Assembly: GCA_907165135.1 (NCBI GenBank)
Contig: OU015567.1
Span: 14,198,001 to 14,262,000, forward strand
Origin: Oikopleura dioica
Lineage: Eukaryota; Animalia; Chordata
DNA: 64,000 nt
Direction of reading: 5' to 3'
Numbering within the stretch: position 1 is the first letter of the stretch; the number at the start of each line of letters is the position of its first letter. The notes beneath the pieces are model-generated. The model had not been told where the DNA came from, made no database searches, and saw only the letters and a program-made list of their open reading frames with translations. A program made the position numbers and the translations under genes. This document shows, piece after piece, positions 55,275 through 64,000 of this stretch.

Positions 55275-57576
55275 ATGGAAGGCGAGAAAAAACCTTTTTA
55301 CAGCTTTTATGATTACAATAAAACTTCGTGCGGCTGGCTCAAGTACATCTTCGGGCGAAAAATAAACGCTTGCAGGAGACTTTTATGGGCTTGCTTTTTT
55401 ATATTTGGAAATGTTATCGCAGTCTACCATGTTTGCAGTGTCACGAAGCTCTACTTTGAATACCCTTATTCGATGAAGGAGAAAATGTCTGATGAAAAGG
55501 ATAAATTTCCAGTAGTGACGATTTGTCTCAACTCGATGCACTCAAGAAATGAGACAAGATAGAACACTCTTTTATCAGTACTTAGTTAAATTATTAGCTT
55601 CCTGTCTAAATCACTCTAAAGATACAAAACGAAAGCATATTACCCTGAATTGGGGATGGAAAGCTTAGGCAAAGAAGAAAATGACAAATCTGGCTTGATG
55701 GATTTCTATGGAAATAATTAAGAGCTCTCAAATCATCTTTGTAAATTCTTTTCTCGGATTATTTTCTTCTTTATAAAAAATTTTATTTGAAAAAGTTTGA
55801 GATTTCTGTTTCCGAAGACCTCATGCGAACTACAGTGATTTGGACAACATCAACCTCGGCGAGTTTTTCAAAGCGACGAAAAACAACTATCTGATAATTT
55901 TATGCAAGTACAGAAAAGACAATTGCCGAACCCAGTGGCACGAAGAACTGACCATGTACGGGATTTGTCAGCGTTTTTACCCGCCAAAACGGGAAAAGAA
56001 AAGTGTTTCATCAATGAGGTCGCTACAAATTGTTCTGGCGTACAACAAGACTGACTGGACTTACGGATGGAATTATATGATGGACGGGTTCTCCATCTTT
56101 TACACGCCAAAAGGGGAACTTGTGCTGGACCCGATGACGTCTGTTACAGTCAATTCTCGGATAGTACCGGTTTTGCTTCTCCAACAACATCGAAATATCA
56201 AACTTGGCTCTCCATACACAATCTGCCACAACATCTCGGACGAGCATCTGAAATACTTCAAGAGCTACACGAAGAAGAACTGCCACTTGGAATGCCTCAT
56301 CGATGCGATCTTCGAGGAGTGCAAATGTGGCCCTCCTTATTTTCCAATCAAAGAGGGAATTCCCATGTGCACCTTTTCGCAGCACGTAAATTGTGTTTCC
56401 AAGCAGTTGAAGGACTTTGACTACGCAAACTGTGTGTGCCAAACTCAATGCTCAGAGTTGTACTATCAAAAGACGGTGTATTACACGGAGATTCACCAGA
56501 ACTTCCGAAATAAGACTGCGAAAATGCTCAAGCGATTTCCGGACATTGAGCTCGCTTCTGCTAGAATTTCCCTGCCAGATCCTTACGTAAGTTGAGTTCA
56601 AAGACTTCCTTCTTAATTCGTCATTTTCAGGAATATCAGCATCAAGAAACAGCAGACTACGATATTTACAAGTATCTATCAGATGTTGGCGGAGCCATGA
56701 GCCTGGTACTAGGAGTTTCTTTCGGTAAAACACTGTTTTTGGCTGATTTTCATCGTTGATTTCAGTCTCATTTCTCGAAATGTGCGAGTGTCTGCTTGCA
56801 GGAACACGCTCAGGATGGAAAAATCGACGACGAATAGCAAAGGCTACTCGTAGAAGTCTAACAACAATTGGCCTCATCAAACCAGCATTGACCACGTTTC
56901 TCAAAACTACTGCCATTCTGGTAGAGGTCTTCGTAGATGGTCTTAAAAATAAAACAATCGTCATTTAGGGCTCGACTGATGGCCTCAACGATGAAGAAAT
57001 TGAGAAAATAAAGAATGAGAATAAAAATAAGGAGTCATCCAAATCGCCTGCTACAGTTATAAGAAATGAGCCAAAACCATTCGAAAAATTGGAATCAGCT
57101 CCACCAAGTTCTTCTTATCAATCACAAGACTTTGATCAACCTGAGCCGCTTCGAACCGAACGTCTTTCCTGTATGTTTAGTTTTCTTCCTTGATTTCAAA
57201 CGGGCGTTTTCAGTAAATTTGAACGACATTTCAATTGATGAAGCGAACAGTTCCCGACCCCCATCTCCCTATCTTCGGTTTAAAAGCAAATAAAAAATGA
57301 AAGAAGTAAAGGATTTTAAGATATTACCGAAATGTCTACCCAGAAGCGCACTCAGGAGGAATGATCATCTCGAACAACTCCTCGATCACGATCAACATCA
57401 ACGAGAATCGAAATCCGCGCCCAACTCTTCGAAACATCGGCCGCGTAAGTTCCATTGAGTAGAAAAAGAAAACAGATTTCTCCTCAAAGAATGGAGCAGT
57501 GGACATTCGAGGAGATTCTAACGAAACGCGCGACTCGTTCAGCTACTTAGAAGTTTTGAGCAATCAAAGATCTTGA
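55275..57576 (+). CDS. DEG/ENaC (ASIC-like) ion channel subunit
   Basis: RRLLWACFF TM1, FPVVTICLN, Cys-rich thumb (YTKKNCHLECLIDAIFEECKCGPPY...CVCQTQC), TM2 LSDVGGAMSLVLGVSF|VSFLEMCE. Confidence 0.9.
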
Positions 57577-57677
57577 CTATTAATTCTTTACTTCAGTCTG
57601 AAATCTTATTATTCGCATTATTCGTATTAAAGCAAACGAAATAAATATCATTCAATAAAGTATTAGCTTGAAAAAAT

Positions 57678-58281
57678 CAGAATTTCAAATTCCATGCCAG
57701 CTAAGCTGTGGAAAAAAATAAGCTCAGCTTAGCTGGCCGTATTTATTTTTAGCTTAGCTAACCTAAGCCGAGCTGAATCTTTGTTATAAGAACTAAGGTG
57801 GACTTTCAATTTAATCTGCCAGATTTGCTTTTCGATTTCCGGAAAAAGTTTCCATTAGACCCCCCAAGTATCATACCTTTTTAGAATCGTCTTTAGCTGC
57901 TCTTTTCCCATATGGAAGCCGATTTTTGAATTTCGGACTTTTTATCGGATATTTATCGGTTTTTGTGATTTCTAATGCATTATTCAAGTCCCTATAAGTT
58001 CCAAACGATTCTAGTTTTTTAATTTTTTGCTCGATAAATAAAAATATCTCGTCGAGAGGATTCTAAAAAGTTGTTAAAGTACTAGATTGGGACAATCAGG
58101 TGGAAATTAAGGTGCACCCTTGGCAGATTAAATTGAAAGTCCACCTTAAGGTTAGCTAAGATCGGGCTCAGCTGCCGAGCTGCTGAGCTTGCAAGGTTCG
58201 CTAAGCTGTACAAAGCTAGCTGAGCTAGGCTAGGGATTTGAGCTAAGCTGAAAAAACCGACAATTTTGAGGACTCTTGAAT
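57678..58281. mobile_element. Degenerate AGCT/GCTAAG-rich MITE remnant hosting the TA-flanked MITE
   Basis: Repeated AGCTAAGCT/CTTAGCT motifs; shares GAGGACTCTTGAA with the 14.8-15.1 kb element; possible worn TIR CAGAATTTCAAAT at 57678. Confidence 0.45.
57796..58146. mobile_element. TA-flanked MITE (351 bp)
   Basis: Perfect 26-bp TIR AGGTGGACTTTCAATTTAATCTGCCA; TA on both sides (57794-57795, 58147-58148); internal TAGACCCCC...TTTTTAGAATC segment resembles the 3787-4378 element. Confidence 0.85.
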
Positions 58282-58519
58282 CAGATAAGTCGGAAAAAAT
58301 TATTTTATTGCATTTATGAAAAATACTACCAACAACAACTGCGCGTATATTTTGTTAATTATTTGTTTAGTTAACATAATTTCACGGTAAAATGTCATTT
58401 CCTCCGGCGGTTAATTCCAACAATAAAAGACAAAGATTTCCATGACGATTCGAGCGCCCTGATTGGCTGCTCTTGGTCACTCACAAACTTTTTCTTTCCA
58501 ACAAAACTGCGTGTTTTTC

Positions 58520-59812
58520 GGTTACACGACGTTTTCAGCATACCGACGTTTTCAGCAATCGACGTTTTCAGCATAACGACACTTTCAGCGCCGCTGAATT
58601 CGTCGGTTTGCTGAAAACGTCGGTTTGCTGAAAACGTCGTTTTTCACCTGAAAACGCGTGGGCGTTTAGAGAGGCAACCATTTTATCAAACTTCATCTGA
58701 AAAAGATATTTCCGTGAATCGTAAAATAACATAAAATCGATGTAATATTAATGAGTCAGTTTAACTGACTCAGTTACAAAAGATTGTATTTGATAAAATT
58801 ATTATTTTTATCTTTTTCAATATTGATTTATCATTATTTTCAATGTTTTAAAAACATATTCACGAATCTGAATAATAAGTTAATACTTTTAACATACTGG
58901 TGATTATAATTATTATGATAATTATGTATTAAGAAAGATATTTCGCTTATTCGTATTACTTTTTCTAAATAATGCATTTTTCATGACTCATTTAGAAATG
59001 CTTTAAACTTTTAATTAGCCAATTAAATTGCGAGAACGTCGCCTTTAGATCCATTTGGTTAGAAAATTTCGTCACGGCAAACACCCACGCGTTTTCAGGT
59101 GAAAAACGACGTTTTCAGCAAAGGCCAATTTCAATAAGAAGTTGAAAACTTAAAACCAAAAACCCCCCTTATTTTAGCTCATTGGAAAGAGCATGAAAAG
59201 TTATTCCAGAAAAAGTAGTCTTGTATGCTGAGTCATGTCCGATGACGTCACAGACATTGATTGAAGTTCCAAAAGTCCCAAAACTTTCGGACGCTCTCAT
59301 TTTTATTCTACTGAAGGAAAATTAGAGCTCGAAGATGAAAAATGATCGTCTTACGCTCCTTTATGCAGGCCTGCAAAAAAAATCTTATCAATAATGTAAA
59401 ACTATTTTTTCTAGAGATGTAAAAATTTTTTCGACTCAAATTTTTTTCATTTTTGGTTGCCTGCGTAGAGTGGCCTAAGACGGTCAAAACCCTGTATCTA
59501 ATGTTTTTTCCGAAAAATATTTTAGGAATAAGAGCGTCCGAAAGTTTAGAAAATCTGGGACTTTAGTCATCGATAATGACGTCATAATCTATGACTAAGT
59601 CACTTTACCTAATGTTTTCTAGTGTAACTTTTTATGGGGATTCCAATCAGACAATAAAAAGGGGGGCTTAGGATTTGAAATTTCTACTCCTTATTAAAAT
59701 TGGCCAAACCGACGTTTTCAGCAAACCGACGAATTCAGCGGCGCTGAAAATGTCGTTACGCTGAAAATGTCGGTTGCTGAAAACGTCGGTATGCTGAAAA
59801 CGTCGTGTAACC
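58520..59812. mobile_element. Mutator(MULE)-like non-autonomous element
   Basis: Long TIRs starting GGTTACACGACGTTTTCAGCA, built from GACGTTTTCAGCA repeats; 9-bp TSD GTGTTTTTC (58511-58519, 59813-59821). Confidence 0.9.
59123..59705. mobile_element. PIF/Harbinger(Tourist)-like MITE nested in the right TIR of the MULE
   Basis: GGCCAATTTCAATAAG / CTTATTAAAATTGGCC termini; 3-bp AAA duplication; removing it restores symmetry with the left MULE arm. Confidence 0.82.
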
Positions 59813-59852
59813 GTGTTTTTCACCTTCGGGGAGCTCAGGCAGAGATTTCATA

Positions 59853-61608
59853 ATGGTTGGCGTTATCGCAGTCGATGAAATTGCAGTTTCAGAAGAGATC
59901 TTATCGAGTTACTATAAGGAGGTAAGAGAAAATGGCGATTTAGCGCTAGAAATTTTGAATTTTTGTTCGAAACTCCTCTTTTTTTTCGATTTTCTCGTCA
60001 TTTTTGTTAAAGTATCAATTAAATCAAAATTACAAAAATGTAGATTTTCTTTCAGTAAAACGAAATTTTAGTACTTTCCCCTGGACCCATTTATCGAATG
60101 GTTGGGTTACCGAAACGACGAGACCCTGAGCCGACGAGAATTCAGTTTCACCCTCAAGGACGACGTTTACACTCGATTCCGAAGCTTCACGAGCAAGGAA
60201 GAACTGCATCAAGCGTTTATCAAGACCAAACCAGAAAAGGTAAGATTGAAAATTGACCTTGAGCCGCTACTCTGTTTGTTTGTATGTGACTCTTACTTAC
60301 TCTTCCCTCCCCTTAGATCGATATTGGAGCCATCTACAATTACAGCTGTAAACATCGCTTGTCTCCGGATTTCAAAGAAGAGCAACGAGAGGTAGAGAAA
60401 TCTTTTCATATGCGCTTGAAAAAAAGCAACCTGTGTAGAAAGCGTTCTGAAGGAACTTTTATCGAAAGCCGCGAAATTAAATTCATCTTTCAGCTCGTTT
60501 TCGATATTGATATTTCGGATTACGACGATGTGAGAACCTGCTGTCAGGAAGCGCGAATCTGCAAGAAATGTTGGCCCCTGATGTCGATTTGCGTCAAGGT
60601 CTTGGAGCAAACGATGAAGAAGACTTTTGGCTACGACAAATTACTCTTCGGTAAGATTATTTTTCCCAGTTCATTATTTCGGAAGTGAATGCATTGATAC
60701 CTGCGCCCCAGGGTGGTTTACAACTCCTACGTCCGTCAGTCGGCAAACTGGGCACTGACATCGAAAATCGCGGAAAATCGCAGCCGCGCTTTTTCTTTTC
60801 CGACAACTAATGAGAAAATATAGTGTTTTCGGGGCGAAGAGGAATCCATTGCTGGGTGTTTGACGAGGCAGCACGAAAGCTAAACGGGCCGGAGCGGTTT
60901 GCACTGGCTCACTATTGCCAGGTCACGGCGCAACAGATTGGCACTTCTCACAGACTCCACACACACATCCAAAACTCGCTCAAGATCACCGACGAGTACT
61001 GGGATGCCTATCTCGAATCTCAAGGTAAAATTTTTTTTCACAAAAGAAATTGACAGAGAAAATTTTTAGATTTGCTTGGTTCAGAAGAACAAGTCGACAA
61101 AATCCTGAAATACGTGAAAATGGACGAGTCGGTAAGAGATGAATGGAAGGAACATATGCTCAGATATGGCAGCACGATGGAGCGCTGGAGCGTTCTTGAG
61201 CAGAAGAAAAGAGAAGCGCATACGAAAAAGTACAAAGACCGACTTTTCATCGAGCGAATCAAGCTGGCGGTGACCTACCCAAGGATTGATATCAAAGTCA
61301 CGGAGGGATTCAATCACTTGCTCAAGGCACCGTTTTCCGTCCATCCGAAGACTGGAAAAGGTAGGACATCTTTCTTATAATCTTTCTCTAACATCATTTT
61401 AGTTTGCGTCCCTTTCACTTCCAAAGAAGTGGACCAGTTCGATCCAGAAGCTGTTCCGACCGTTTTCAGCCTCCGAAAAAACGATGAAGAGCTCGTAAAA
61501 GTGATCGAGAAGCAAGAAGGAGACTTGTCCAAGAAGTACTACCACGGAGAAATGAAGCACTCCGTCAAAATCTTCACCAAACTCCTCAACCGAGTTTTCA
61601 AAGAATGA
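59853..61608 (+). CDS. PRIM1: DNA primase small (catalytic) subunit
   Basis: YFPW, RREFSFTLKDDVYTRF, IDIGAIY, RELIF-like REIKFIFQLVFDIDISDYDDVRTCC, VFSGRRGIHCWVFD, YPRIDIKVTEGFNHLLKAPFSVHPKTG. Confidence 0.96.
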
Positions 61609-61734
61609 AGAACTTTTCATTTCTCACTAGAAATCATTTTTCTATCACTGCCCTTTATCACACCTCACAATTCCAATTTACCAAATTCAAAATCGCAACT
61701 GACCTTTTTCTTTTCAGAATCTCACAAGCCAAAA

Positions 61735-63300
61735 ATGTCTGACTCCGAATCGGATACTGAAATCACCATCGCCAATGACTTGGTCGTCACCAAGTACAAG
61801 ATGGCCGGCGAAATCGCCAACCGGTAAGCCCCACTAGTAAATTTTCCATTTTGAACGTTCCCTCTTTTCAGAGTCCTCGCCCTCCTCATCGAGAAGACCA
61901 AGGTCGGAGTGAGCGCCCTCGAGATCTGCAAATACGGAGACGACTTGATCGTCCAGGAGACCGACAAAATCTACAAGAAAGAGAAGGACATGACCAAGGG
62001 TGTTGCCTTCCCCACCCAGGCCAACGTCAACCACTGCATTTGCCACTACGCTCCTCTCTCTTCCGTTCAGAAGGACGTCATCATGAAGGACGGCGATGTC
62101 GTCAAGCTCGATCTTGGTGTCCACGTCGACGGATACATCGCTGTCGTCGCCCACACCGTTATCCTCGGTGACGCTAAGAAGGGACGAGCTGTTGATGCTC
62201 TTCTTGCTGCCCACTACTGCGCTGAAGCCGCTCTCCGACTCGTTCGACCAGGCAAAGAAGTGAGTATTCAAATTTCGAAAGGAGCCTATTAACTTTTCTT
62301 CAAGAACAACGAAGTCACCGATGTTGTCTCCAAAATCTCCGAATCATACAACTGCCGCGCCGTCGAAGGTATGCTCTCGTACCAGATGGAGAAGGACACC
62401 ATCGACGGAAAGAAGACCATCATCCAGAACCCAACTGAGAAGCAGCGACTTGAACACGAAAAGGTAAGTCTTCAAAATTCCTTCCTCACAAAATACACAA
62501 AAAATTTTGAAGCATCCACTCCGATTTCCAATTTTTAAAAGCTCATCAGAGGTAAACATGCGCGATTTTGTCGCATGTTTATGTTGCTCGCGTAAATGTC
62601 AAAATCGATGTCGATAAGGTTCTGTTTCCTCCTATCTAAAAGTGAATTCTAGTGCGAGTTCGCCGTCAACGAAGTTTACGCTATCGATATGTTGATTTCC
62701 ACTGGTGACGGTAAATCCCGTGATATGGATGTCCGAACTACTATCTACAAGCGAGAACCAGACCAGGTTTACCAGCTCAAAATGAAGGCTTCTCGAGGTG
62801 AGTAAAGGCTCCAAAAGCCGAATTTATCATGTTCTTCAGCTATCTTCTCCGAGGTCGAAAAGAAGTTCGACGCTATGTGCTTTAACCTCCGAGCTCTCGA
62901 CGACGAGAAGAAGGCCAAGATGGGCATCAACGAGTGCGTCAACCACGGTCTCATCACTCCCTTCCCCGTCCTCGTAAGTTCATTATTATCACACCACCAA
63001 CTCACAATCTCTCTTAGTTCGAGCAAGAAAAGGACGTCGTCACTCAATTCAAATTCACGACGCTTCTCATGCCCAACGGTCCATTGAAGATCACTGGCCT
63101 TCCCTTCGATCCTTCCCAGTACGAATCTGAGTTCAAGATCGAGTGCGAAGAAATCAAGGTAACAACTTTGCTTCCATAGAAGTTTCTAAATTTGCCTCCT
63201 TCAGACTCTCTTGGCATCGTCAGTGAGCCGAAAGAGCAACAAAAAGAAGAAGAAGAAGGCTGCCAAGAAAGCCGCTGCTGATGCTGGCGTCACTGCTTAG
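61735..63300 (+). CDS. PA2G4: Proliferation-associated 2G4 / EBP1
   Basis: [94 protein letters not shown], Lys-rich tail [11 protein letters not shown]. Confidence 0.97.
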
Positions 63301-64000
63301 ATGATCTAGGCTAGAATGTAACCGTCCTCGACCTGAAATTATCACTCCTATCTCGACAATTCTGTTTGCTCTCTACTACCACCACGTGTACCAAATGTGT
63401 ACCGCTCTCCTAGCTCATCATTAGTCCATTTTCGAATTCTGAATTTGTTCAATCTCTCCCTCTCTCTTTTATCCATTCTTCCCCTCGACCAGCACGTCTA
63501 ATGAGCCTCGCAACAACTGAACGGCCCTGGAAAGAAGCATCGAGCGCCGGATTCTAGTGATTCTAGGTGCTCGCCGTGCGATCCAGTCGAGCCTTGGTCG
63601 AGTACTCAAATTGTCGGGCCGCAAACCTCATTACGCCCTCTCTCGTGCACCGCCGCTCAAATGCACCACAATTATCAAAGTAAAGAAATAAACTCAGTAA
63701 GGAGTGTGCGAGCGAGGTAGGGATGGGTTTTGCGTCGGCTAGCCGTGCTGGTGTTGACCATCTTGCTTGAGTCCGGCTTCTTGAGCTCCCTCGCCGGTAA
63801 GAACCGTCCGGGCAGTACCTTCGCGCGAATAAAAAAACCTGCTCGGGAGGTTAATCCGCAGAGGGATCTCAACAGTCTGAAACCGGACTCTTGCCCCTTT
63901 TCTTTTAATTATACTTATGGGTGCTCACTGTATTTGACCTGTCCGCTGTTCTGCTTGAGCTGAAGTCGGCTAATGCAAGTGACTAATAAATTAGGCTTAA

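Noticed and set aside
60653-60825. Longer-than-usual PRIM1 intron (and PA2G4 intron 62464-62650) as snoRNA hosts
   Set aside because: A CTGA and a short hairpin are present, but no convincing C box, H/ACA layout or rRNA complementarity could be established by eye.
63675-63872. Minus-strand coding-like segment at the window end
   Set aside because: May be the 3' part of a gene extending beyond the window, but exon boundaries and identity cannot be supported.

Overview
Gene-dense, AT-rich eukaryotic genomic DNA with very short introns (mostly about 30-70 nt), runs of co-oriented genes only 30-300 bp apart, and unpaired AG acceptors immediately before many start codons. This pattern points to an appendicularian tunicate such as Oikopleura (inference). 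About 27 protein-coding genes can be assembled by eye: GGA, EFTUD2, FAM173/ATPSCKMT, MRPS31, NEK2, TTC27, an intron-nested histone H4, FARSA, a stand-alone EF1B N-terminal-domain protein, HP1/CBX, IRAK1BP1, two tandem kelch genes, MFSD9, LRRC51, a TruD/PUS7 synthase, NT5M/NT5C, a degenerate mitochondrial TyrRS, a giant Ly6/uPAR-repeat protein, an astacin-lectin-mucin mosaic, GPCPD1, a DEG/ENaC channel, PRIM1, PA2G4 and several orphans. Many non-autonomous DNA transposons (hAT-, MULE-, Harbinger-like and TA-flanked MITEs) are present, often nested. Most notable: (1) a 2.1-kb hAT-type element inside a TTC27 coding exon, whose terminal inverted repeats carry a GT donor and an AG acceptor so that splicing would leave exactly 21 nt in frame (a transposon acting as an intron); a related 1.56-kb element sits in an EFTUD2 exon and could only be removed cleanly by a GT-TG splice; (2) a full-length mitochondrial tyrosyl-tRNA-synthetase-like protein that has lost its recognisable catalytic motifs. 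All homology calls are from remembered family motifs; no database search was run.
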